DNA of 29,412 nucleotides from a virus (Duplodnaviria; Heunggongvirae; Uroviricota; Caudoviricetes): IMG/VR virus record IMGVR_UViG_2609459833_000001; one strand, 5' to 3'. Shown piece by piece: positions 22,215 to 29,412 of this stretch (position 1 is its first letter; each line of letters starts with the position of its first letter). The notes under the pieces were generated by a model. It saw only the letters and a program-made list of their open reading frames with translations, ran no database searches and was not told where the DNA came from. The position numbers and the translations under genes were made by a program.

Positions 22215-25200
22215 ATGGCAGTAAAGATTTCAGGTGTACTGAAAGACGGCACAGGAAAACCGGTACAGAACTGCACAATCCAGCTGAAAGCAAAACGTAA
22301 CAGCACCACGGTGGTGGTGAACACGCTGGCCTCAGAAAATCCGGATGAAGCCGGGCGTTACAGTATGGACGTTGAGTACGGTCAGTACAGCGTTATTCTG
22401 TTGGTGGAAGGATTCCCGCCGTCACATGCCGGGACCATCACCGTGTATGAAGATTCCCGACCCGGTACGCTGAATGATTTTCTCGGTGCCATGACGGAGG
22501 ATGATGCCCGTCCGGAGGCACTGCGCCGTTTTGAGCTGATGGTGGAAGAGGTGGCGCGTAACGCGTCCGTGGTGGCACAGAACACGGCAGCCGCGAAGAA
22601 GTCAGCCAGTGATGCCGGCACATCTGCCAGTGAGGCGGCAACCCATGCGACTGATGCTGCAGGCTCAGCGCGTGCAGCCAGCACGTCAGCCGGACAGGCC
22701 GCGACGTCGGCTCAGGAGGCGTCTTCCAGCGCAGGAACGGCATCAACAAAGGCCACTGAAGCATCAAAAAGTGCTGCCGCTGCAGAGTCCTCAAAAAGCG
22801 CGGCGGCCACCAGTGCCGGTGCCGCGAAAACGTCAGAAACGAATGCTGCAGCGTCACAAAAATCAGCAGCCACTTCTGCATCCACTGCGACGACGAAAGC
22901 GTCAGAAGCCGCCACTTCAGCCCGGGATGCGGCGGCCTCAAAAGAGGCAGCGAAATCATCAGAAACGAACGCATCATCAAGCGCCAGTAGTGCCGCTTCC
23001 TCGGCAACGGCGGCAGCAAATTCTGCGAAGGCGGCAAAAACGTCCGAGACGAACGCCAGGTCTTCTGAAACGGCAGCGGAACAGAGCGCCTCAGCTGCGG
23101 CAGACTCTGAGACAACAGCTGCATCATCGGCCCGTGAGGCGTCCATTAAGGCAGAGGAGGCAGCAGTCAGTGCCACCGCCGCCGGAAAATCGGCAGAAAG
23201 CGCCGCATCATCCGCTTCAACAGCCACAACGAAGGCTGGCGAAGCCACTGAACAGGCCAGCGCAGCAGTGAGGTCTGCTTCCGCAGCGAAGACATCCGAA
23301 ACGAACGCGAAAGCGTCGGAAACCAGCGCAGAATCCTCAAAAACGGCTGCCGCATCGTCCGCCAGTTCGGCGGCATCATCGGCATCATCGGCGTCTGCTT
23401 CAAAAGATGAGGCGACCAGACAGGCGTCAGCAGCGAGGGGCAGCGCCACGACGGCATCCACGAAGGCGACAGAGGCTGCTGGCAGTGCGGCAGCGGCAGC
23501 ACAGAGCAAAAGTACGGCAGAATCCGCAGCAACGCGCGCCGAGACAGCAGCAAAACGGGCAGAGGATATTGCATCCGCCGTGGCGCTTGAGGATGCGAGC
23601 ACGACGAAAAAGGGGATAGTACAGCTCAGTAGTGCGACTAACAGCACTTCCGAGTCACTGGCGGCAACACCAAAAGCCGTTAAGGCCGCGTATGACCTGG
23701 CTAACGGGAAATACACCGCACAGGATGCAACGACAGCACAGAAAGGGATAATCCAGCTAAGCAGCGCGACCAACAGCACGTCTGAAACGCTTGCCGCGAC
23801 ACCAAAGGCAGTAAAAGCAGCCAATGACAATGCTGAGAAACGTCTGCAGAAAGATCAGAACGGTGCGGATATCCCTGGCAAAGATACCTTTACGAAAAAT
23901 ATTGGTGCCTGCCGTGCCTTCGGTGGGTCAGTAAGCACAACAACAGGAAACTGGACGACTGCACAGTTTATCGAGTGGCTGGATTCTCAGGGAGCATTTA
24001 ACCATCCATACTGGATGTGCAAGGGTTCCTGGTCTTATGGCAATAATAAAATCATTACTGATACTGACTGCGGTAATATTCATCTCGCCGGAGCTGTCAT
24101 TGAAGTAATGGGGATAAAGTCAGCGATGACGATCCGCATTACCACACCGACCACCTCCACTGGTGGTGGAACAACTAACGCCCAGTTTACCTATATTAAT
24201 CACGGAACAGATTATTCACCTGGCTGGCGAAGGGACTATAACTCCAGAAATAAGCCAACGGCATCAGAGATCGGGGCGTTACCGTCAGGTGGAACAGCAG
24301 TATCATCAGTTAATCTGGCTTCAAAAGGTCGGGTAACCGCGCTGACAGACAATACGCAGGGGGCAGCAGGTCTTGAGTTATACGAGGTGTATAACAACGG
24401 ATATCCAACAGCGTATGGAAATATCATTCACCTGAAAGGGATGACAGCCGTTGGCGAAGGTGAGTTACTCATCGGCTGGAGTGGTACAAGCGGTGCTCAT
24501 GCTCCGGCATTTATTCGTTCACGACGGGATACGACCGACGCAAACTGGTCGCCGTGGGCGCAGCTTTACACCTCGGCTCATCCTCCTGCAGAGTTTTATC
24601 CAGTCGGTGCACCAATCCCGTGGCCATCAGATACCGTTCCGTCTGGTTATGCCCTGATGCAGGGGCAGACTTTTGACAAATCTGCATACCCGAAACTTGC
24701 AGTTGCTTATCCGTCAGGCGTGATCCCTGATATGCGTGGCTGGACGATTAAGGGCAAGCCCGCCAGTGGTCGGGCCGTATTATCTCAGGAACAGGACGGC
24801 ATTAAATCGCACACCCACAGCGCCAGCGCATCCAGTACGGATTTGGGGACGAAAACCACATCGTCGTTTGATTACGGAACCAAATCCACGAATAACACCG
24901 GGGCGCATACCCATAGTATTAGCGGGACCGCAAATAGTGCCGGTGCGCACCAACACAAGAGTTCCGGTGCATTTGGTGGCACGAACACGAGCATTTTCCC
25001 TAATGGTTATACCGCGATTTCAAATCTAAGCGCGGGGATTATGAGCACAACAAGCGGTAGTGGCCAGACTCGTAATGCAGGGAAGACATCATCAGATGGT
25101 GCTCATACCCACTCGCTGTCCGGCACTGCTGCAAGCGCAGGCGCACATGCACATACTGTCGGTATTGGTGCTCATACGCACTCCGTTGCGATTGGTTCAC

Positions 25201-25289
25201 ATGGACACACCATCACCGTTAACGCTGCTGGTAACGCGGAAAACACCGTCAAAAACATCGCATTTAACTATATTGTGAGGCTTGCATAA
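22215..25289 (+). CDS. stf: Side tail fibre protein Stf (mosaic): conserved N-terminus, long Ala/Ser-rich repeat region, divergent central module, His-rich C-terminal tip
   Basis: N-terminus [26 protein letters not shown] and C-terminus ...[31 protein letters not shown] match E. coli lambdoid Stf proteins (StfR-like); repeated HxH motifs (GAHTHS, GAHAHT) near the C-terminus. Start taken at ATG 22215 (ORF track begins at GTG 22209). Confidence 0.9.
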   Translation: MAVKISGVLKDGTGKPVQNCTIQLKAKRNSTTVVVNTLASENPDEAGRYSMDVEYGQYSVILLVEGFPPSHAGTITVYEDSRPGTLNDFLGAMTEDDARPEALRRFELMVEEVARNASVVAQNTAAAKKSASDAGTSASEAATHATDAAGSARAASTSAGQAATSAQEASSSAGTASTKATEASKSAAAAESSKSAAATSAGAAKTSETNAAASQKSAATSASTATTKASEAATSARDAAASKEAAKSSETNASSSASSAASSATAAANSAKAAKTSETNARSSETAAEQSASAAADSETTAASSAREASIKAEEAAVSATAAGKSAESAASSASTATTKAGEATEQASAAVRSASAAKTSETNAKASETSAESSKTAAASSASSAASSASSASASKDEATRQASAARGSATTASTKATEAAGSAAAAAQSKSTAESAATRAETAAKRAEDIASAVALEDASTTKKGIVQLSSATNSTSESLAATPKAVKAAYDLANGKYTAQDATTAQKGIIQLSSATNSTSETLAATPKAVKAANDNAEKRLQKDQNGADIPGKDTFTKNIGACRAFGGSVSTTTGNWTTAQFIEWLDSQGAFNHPYWMCKGSWSYGNNKIITDTDCGNIHLAGAVIEVMGIKSAMTIRITTPTTSTGGGTTNAQFTYINHGTDYSPGWRRDYNSRNKPTASEIGALPSGGTAVSSVNLASKGRVTALTDNTQGAAGLELYEVYNNGYPTAYGNIIHLKGMTAVGEGELLIGWSGTSGAHAPAFIRSRRDTTDANWSPWAQLYTSAHPPAEFYPVGAPIPWPSDTVPSGYALMQGQTFDKSAYPKLAVAYPSGVIPDMRGWTIKGKPASGRAVLSQEQDGIKSHTHSASASSTDLGTKTTSSFDYGTKSTNNTGAHTHSISGTANSAGAHQHKSSGAFGGTNTSIFPNGYTAISNLSAGIMSTTSGSGQTRNAGKTSSDGAHTHSLSGTAASAGAHAHTVGIGAHTHSVAIGSHGHTITVNAAGNAENTVKNIAFNYIVRLA
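22580..23600 (+). repeat. Low-complexity Ala/Ser/Thr-rich coding repeats within stf (recurrent AAKTSETNA / SAASSA units)
   Basis: The protein over this span is almost entirely A/S/T/E/K with recurring AKTSETNA motifs; correspondingly repetitive GC-rich DNA. Boundaries approximate. Confidence 0.6.
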
Positions 25290-25873
25290 TGGCATTCAGA
25301 ATGAGTGAACAACCACGGACCATAAAAATTTATAATCTGCTGGCCGGAACTAATGAATTTATTGGTGAAGGTGACGCATATATTCCGCCTCATACAGGTC
25401 TGCCAGCAAACAGTACCGATATTGCACCACCAGATATTCCTGCTGGCTTTGTGGCTGTTTTCAACAGTGATGAGGCATCGTGGCATCTCGTTGAAGACCA
25501 TCGGGGTAAAACGGTTTATGACGTAGCGTCAGGGGACGAGTTATTTATTTCTGAACTCGGTCCGTTACCGGAAAATGTTACCTGGTTATCGCCGGAAGGG
25601 GAGTTTCAGAAGTGGAACGGCACAGCCTGGGTGAAAGATGCAGAAGCAGAAAAACTGTTCCGGATCCGGGAGGCGGAAGAAACAAAAAACAGCCTGATGC
25701 AGGTAGCCAGTGAGCATATTGCGCCACTTCAGGATGCTGTAGATCTGGAAATCGCAACGGAGGAAGAAACCTCATTGCTGGAAGCCTGGAAAAAGTATCG
25801 GGTGTTGCTGAACCGTGTTGATACATCAACTGCACCTGATATTGAGTGGCCTACGAACCCTGTCAGGGAGTAA
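25289..25873 (+). CDS. tfa: Tail fibre assembly protein (chaperone) Tfa
   Basis: 194 aa [34 protein letters not shown]..., matches lambda/Rac Tfa; TAATG overlap with the stf stop. Confidence 0.9.
   Translation: MAFRMSEQPRTIKIYNLLAGTNEFIGEGDAYIPPHTGLPANSTDIAPPDIPAGFVAVFNSDEASWHLVEDHRGKTVYDVASGDELFISELGPLPENVTWLSPEGEFQKWNGTAWVKDAEAEKLFRIREAEETKNSLMQVASEHIAPLQDAVDLEIATEEETSLLEAWKKYRVLLNRVDTSTAPDIEWPTNPVRE
25716..25828 (+). repeat. Direct repeat copy 1 (tfa 3' coding segment), about 90% identical to 26765-26877
   Basis: Manual alignment: ATATTGCGCCACTTCAGGATGCTGTAGATCTGGAAATCGCAACGGAGGAAGAAA...GTTGATACATCA is repeated about 1.05 kb downstream with roughly 11 mismatches in 113 bp. Confidence 0.85.
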
Positions 25874-25886
25874 TCATTGGGATTAT

Positions 25887-25934
25887 GCCGCAGCACGTCT
25901 TAAGCAAGAACGTGCTGCGGTTGGATGCTATTTT
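25887..25934. terminator. Hairpin between convergent tfa (+) and methyltransferase (-) genes; T-tract on the plus side
   Basis: GCCGCAGCACG - 13-nt loop - CGTGCTGCGG (10-11 bp stem), followed on the plus strand by GCTATTTTTTCC. Confidence 0.6.
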
Positions 25935-26584
25935 TTCCCTGAAGCGGAAAACATTACTACAGTACCTTGAACCTTGGTTTTAACATTCTCGAAATGCTCT
26001 GAGAGTATATGTGTTAAGCCTTCTTCGGAATCTTTTGTGTTTGAAAAGATGCCTTTCTGATTGTAAATGCGCATCAGTTTTTGACCGAAGCTATTGTGCA
26101 CAACTCCATCGCCAAGAATTGTGGCTCCGTATAGAGTTCCATCGTCAGTTAAGGCCTGCGCCGCATTGCGTATTACACAGCTTTTTGTAGATATATTTCC
26201 AGGCAGGCAGTGAAGAAGGTAAAACATGGAAATGGAATCAAATTGACCATGTAACGCCGCGGGATAAGGTTCAAAAACATCATGGCTAATTTTATGTTTA
26301 ATTTTTGATTCCCCAGCCCTTGTAGATGCCGCGTTCAGGCTAGCTTCGTTCAAATCCATTAAAGATATCAGACTACTCTCAGGTACGTGAGTAAGGTAAA
26401 ACCCAGTTCCAACACCAATATCCAGATGGTTGTTACCTAAATGTTCCAGAAAGTGTGGAAGAAGGTGTTCCTTTGTAGGACATCCCCATGCAAGCCGATT
26501 TGATACTCCCAAAACCCACCAGTCATAAAGCTTTAGGGTAAGTGGTGTGTAAATTCTAGCCCCATCATCTGTGTTTTTTTTCAT
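25928..26584 (-). CDS. Class I SAM-dependent methyltransferase (small-molecule/protein type, not an obvious DNA methyltransferase)
   Basis: Glycine-rich motif I HLDIGVGTGFY, acidic residue in the following strand (SLMDLNEA), motif-II-like DSISMFYLLHCLP. AT-rich coding sequence unlike the phage structural genes. Start placed at the second ATG (MKKNTDDG...) because a TATAAT element abuts the first ATG (26596); the 26596 start remains possible. Confidence 0.7.
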   Translation of the reverse strand: MKKNTDDGARIYTPLTLKLYDWWVLGVSNRLAWGCPTKEHLLPHFLEHLGNNHLDIGVGTGFYLTHVPESSLISLMDLNEASLNAASTRAGESKIKHKISHDVFEPYPAALHGQFDSISMFYLLHCLPGNISTKSCVIRNAAQALTDDGTLYGATILGDGVVHNSFGQKLMRIYNQKGIFSNTKDSEEGLTHILSEHFENVKTKVQGTVVMFSASGKK

Positions 26585-26652
26585 TAATTTCACCATATTA
26601 TAGTTTTATTTGTGAATTAAATCAATTATGGCGATGAATTACAAGGGGTTAA

Positions 26653-26958
26653 ATGCTGCCGCAGCATAGCGATATTGAAATAGCCTGGTATGCTTCGATA
26701 CAGCAGGAGCCGAATGGCTGGAAGACCGTCACCACACAGTTCTACATCCAGGAATTCAGTGGGTATATTGCGCCACTGCAGGATGCTGTAGATCTGGAAA
26801 TCGCAACGGAGGAAGAAAGATCGTTGCTGGAGGCATGGAATAAATATCGGGTATTGTTGAATCGTGTTGATACATCAGTAGCTCTGGGTATGAAGCTGTT
26901 TGTAACTCATGTTACAGTAATGGCCATTACTATCTCGAAGGTGCAAAATGTATATTGA
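26653..26958 (+). pseudogene. Remnant of a second tail fibre assembly (tfa-like) gene: only the conserved C-terminal segment is recognisable
   Basis: 101-aa ORF whose centre ([37 protein letters not shown]) is a near-copy of Tfa residues ~145-181; its N- and C-terminal flanks do not resemble Tfa. Confidence 0.55.
26765..26877 (+). repeat. Direct repeat copy 2 (tfa 3' segment)
   Basis: See copy 1; same orientation. Confidence 0.85.
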
Positions 26959-27070
26959 TTTGATATTTTATAAATTTACTTCGAATCTGGCACGTCAACT
27001 TTTGATTAAAGTAATATCAGTTTTCGACGAAAAAAGGACCGTGTACATGAGACGATTTCATACAAGAATA

Positions 27071-27121
27071 ACAAAAATATGAATATGCTCCCAATACAAT
27101 ATATGTTTTGCATTGGGAGCA
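27071..27121 (-). terminator. Rho-independent terminator downstream of the hydrolase gene (minus strand)
   Basis: TGCTCCCAAT (27086-27095) pairs with ATTGGGAGCA (27112-27121), 16-nt loop; on the minus strand it is followed by a T-rich run (plus-strand ACAAAAATA at 27071-27079). Confidence 0.55.
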
Positions 27122-27141
27122 AATAGCGGAATATTTTGAAA

Positions 27142-28626
27142 TTATTGTATTTCTGCTTCAGAATTTCCTGGGCAGTATATATTTTCTATTTTTTGTGGAG
27201 TGATCAGGTGATGTACAACTGCTTTATCTACACATAAATTAACTCCGGTGAGAGCTAATGTATGCCCATCACCATTTATTGTTAGTAACGGGCTGGAAAA
27301 TTTCTCTGCCATCTTACGGGCATTAATCCAGGGCGTTGTTGGGTCGTATTTGTGTGCTACAAACAGTAAACCAGAGGGCAGAACAGTATTTTTCAGGCGA
27401 GTTTTGTTCAGGTCGCTATGTATTGGCCATAATTCACAAAAATCAGGTGAATCGGAACGTCCATTGTCAAAGTTAATAGCCGGGAAGGCATTCGCAAGAG
27501 CGTCTTTTCGGGATTTTCGCTCTTCTGGTGTTAATTGCTCATCCCCCTGATCTACACAGAGGATTACCCCCGAAGCATCGCTTGACTCTTCTGAGGCTAT
27601 CGGAGCACTGAGCGCAGTTTCAATTTCATTACTGACAATCCCCTGAGAGAACTGGCGTATGGCAGTTGCAAGGGTTGGCCATGATGAACGCCATAGCAGA
27701 AGGTCTGTTGTTAATGATATGAGTTCATCTGAAGATATATTTTCTCCCTTACTGTCTAATAAAGGTTTGTGATGTAATTTTGATAATAGCTCATGGAACT
27801 GAGTTATTGCCTTATCTCTGTCTGAAGAAAGCGGGCAACTTTTTGTACGCGCACACCAGGATGCAAAGCGATCAAACGTTTCCTGATAACTCTGTGCCTG
27901 TTTGAGTTGCCATGTGAAGTTGTCCTCCAGGTCATCGATATCGACGACTCCATCAAGAACGATAGATCTTACGTTGTAGGGAAAACGTTCTGCATATAAG
28001 GCTGCAATTTGAGTTCCATACGAATACGCCACGGCTGTCAGTTGTTTATCCCCCAAGGCTTGCCTAATACGATCAATATCGTATACAGCCTCGTTAGAGC
28101 CGATATGGCGAATGACTTCGGCTCCGGTATTATGGATACAGGCATTAATTTTATTTAATACTTGTTGCTTTTCGGTTATGTTTTCCTGAGTCTCTGTATC
28201 TGATTGCCGGCAGTTTATTGTCGGAGTGGACTGTCCGACGCCTCGAGGATCAAATCCAATAATATCCCATGACTCACGAAGATTTGTGACTGGCCAGTCA
28301 AAGTTAATATAAGGATTTATGCCTGGTAACCCGGGACCACCACTTATTATCAGGATACTTCCTTTATGCTTGCTTTTTGCCGGCAATTTTGTCAACGCTA
28401 GTTTGACTTGTGATTTTTTTTCATAAGAAGCATCTCCGCCTGTGTCTGTATATTTTAATGGAACAGACAAATAACCACATAGTAAGTCAGGAGACGGTTT
28501 TTCCTCACCAAACCAGTGGTTGAATTGACTGGCCATACAGGATTGCCACTGTATCTGCTGGGCAGATACGGTTACTGGTAGAAGTAACGTTAAAACAACT
28601 TTGAAATGAGTAATTATTTTTCGCAT
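27142..28626 (-). CDS. Secreted alpha/beta-hydrolase, peptidase S33 / TAP-like (tripeptidyl or prolyl aminopeptidase-like) family
   Basis: 494 aa from MRKIITHFKVVLTLLLPVTVSA-QQ (Sec-type signal peptide, predicted cleavage after VSA). Nucleophile elbow AYSYGTQ (GxSxG-type), candidate Asp (KYDPTTP) and His (NGDGHTLAL) completing a triad. AT-rich. The ORF-track start at 28734 would run into IS2 sequence, so the 28626 ATG is preferred. Confidence 0.75.
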   Translation of the reverse strand: MRKIITHFKVVLTLLLPVTVSAQQIQWQSCMASQFNHWFGEEKPSPDLLCGYLSVPLKYTDTGGDASYEKKSQVKLALTKLPAKSKHKGSILIISGGPGLPGINPYINFDWPVTNLRESWDIIGFDPRGVGQSTPTINCRQSDTETQENITEKQQVLNKINACIHNTGAEVIRHIGSNEAVYDIDRIRQALGDKQLTAVAYSYGTQIAALYAERFPYNVRSIVLDGVVDIDDLEDNFTWQLKQAQSYQETFDRFASWCARTKSCPLSSDRDKAITQFHELLSKLHHKPLLDSKGENISSDELISLTTDLLLWRSSWPTLATAIRQFSQGIVSNEIETALSAPIASEESSDASGVILCVDQGDEQLTPEERKSRKDALANAFPAINFDNGRSDSPDFCELWPIHSDLNKTRLKNTVLPSGLLFVAHKYDPTTPWINARKMAEKFSSPLLTINGDGHTLALTGVNLCVDKAVVHHLITPQKIENIYCPGNSEAEIQ

Positions 28627-28707
28627 TGTGTCTCTGAATATCGGAATAAAGATAAGATTTGAATATATTGAGGTCTTGTGTTGCGGTAAGAGATTACACG
28701 TTATGAC

Positions 28708-29412
28708 TGGATTTGCCCCTATATTTCCAGACACCTGTTATCACTTAACCCATTACTGGCTTGCTGCCGTAGATATTCCCGTGGCGAGCGATAACCCAGT
28801 GCACTATGCGGATGCCATTCGTTATAATGCTCGAACGCCTCTGCAAGGTTCTTTGCTGCCGTTAACCCGTCTGGTTTGGGCATGACACTGATGTAGTCAC
28901 GCTTTATCGTTTTCACGAAGCTCTCTGCTATGCCGTTACTCTCCGGACTCCGCACCGCCGTGCTCTTCGGTTCAAGCCCCAACATCCGGGCAAACTGCCG
29001 TGTTTCATTAGCCCGGTAGCATGAACCATTATCCGTCAGCCACTCTACTGGAGACGCCGGAAGCTCGTTGCCGAAGCGGCGTTCCACCGCTCCCAGCATG
29101 ACGTCCTGTACTGTTTCACTGTTGAAGCCGCCCGTAGTGACCGCCCAGTGCAGTGCCTCACGGTCACAGCAGTCCAGCGCGAACGTGACTCGCAGTTTTT
29201 CTCCGTTATCACAGCGGAACTCGAACCCGTCAGAGCACCATCGCTGATTACTTTCTTTCACAGCCACTCTGCCTGTATGTGCCCGTTTCGATGGCGGTAC
29301 AGCAGGTTTTCGCTCAAGCAACAGCGCATTCTGGCGCATGATCCGGTAAACACGTTTGGCATTGATCGCAGGCATACCATCAAGTTCTGCCTGTCTGCGA
29401 AGCAGCGCCCAT
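28708..29412 (-). mobile_element. IS2 partial copy (right-hand 705 bp with terminal inverted repeat starting TGGATTTGCCCC at 28708), inverted relative to the copy at 1-705; continues beyond window end
   Basis: Exact reverse complement of positions 1-705; identity ends at the IS2 terminus. Confidence 0.9.
28719..29411 (-). CDS. insD: IS2 transposase OrfB/InsD, C-terminal portion (5' end outside window)
   Basis: Mirror image of the left-end InsD fragment; identical translation. Confidence 0.9.
   Translation of the reverse strand, partial: WALLRRQAELDGMPAINAKRVYRIMRQNALLLERKPAVPPSKRAHTGRVAVKESNQRWCSDGFEFRCDNGEKLRVTFALDCCDREALHWAVTTGGFNSETVQDVMLGAVERRFGNELPASPVEWLTDNGSCYRANETRQFARMLGLEPKSTAVRSPESNGIAESFVKTIKRDYISVMPKPDGLTAAKNLAEAFEHYNEWHPHSALGYRSPREYLRQQASNGLSDNRCLEI

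Noticed and set aside
22580-23600. Possible CRISPR-like or tandem array in the repetitive stf DNA
   Set aside because: The repeats are imperfect, protein-coding and in frame, with no regular repeat-spacer periodicity; no CRISPR array is present in the window.
22438-23830. Several long ORFs on both strands (22438..23127 -, 22609..23271 +, 22712..23830 -) in the stf repeat region
   Set aside because: Alternative-frame readings of the Ala/Ser-rich stf repeats (giving Pro/Arg/Gln- or Ala-rich low-complexity artefacts); the stf frame is the only one with conserved N- and C-termini.
25887-25920. Hairpin after tfa as a possible attachment-site core or recombinase site
   Set aside because: No integrase or invertase gene is nearby and the sequence is a simple stem-loop with a T-tract; most simply a terminator between convergent genes.

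Overview
The window is the late/morphogenetic half of a lambda-family prophage, bounded at both ends by partial IS2 copies that are perfect reverse complements of each other (1-705 and 28708-29412). From left to right: an IS2-truncated T4-type endolysin, a frameshifted Rz/Rz1 spanin pair, bor (minus strand), a short right-arm region with a small RHH-like ORF, an intact cos site (cosN overhang GGGCGGCGACCT at 2563-2574), then a complete lambda-type head and tail operon (Nu1, A, W, B, C/Nu3, D, E, FI, FII, Z, U, V, G/G-T, H, M, L, K, I, J). All protein identifications are from my recollection of lambda and E. coli prophage sequences, not from a search. Spacing from Nu1 to L is colinear with lambda gene coordinates as I remember them. 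Downstream the sequence becomes mosaic: the J C-terminal module is divergent and AT-richer, followed by a lom variant, a mosaic side tail fibre (Stf) and its assembly protein (Tfa). The most unusual part is a strongly AT-rich cargo region (about 25.9-28.7 kb) on the opposite strand, carrying a class I SAM-dependent methyltransferase and a secreted S33/TAP-like alpha/beta hydrolase, with a direct repeat of the tfa 3' end bracketing the methyltransferase. The lysis cassette looks inactivated (IS2 in the endolysin, 4-bp deletion in Rz/Rz1), so this is probably a defective prophage that still has intact virion genes. No integrase, immunity region, att site, tRNA or CRISPR array is visible in the window.
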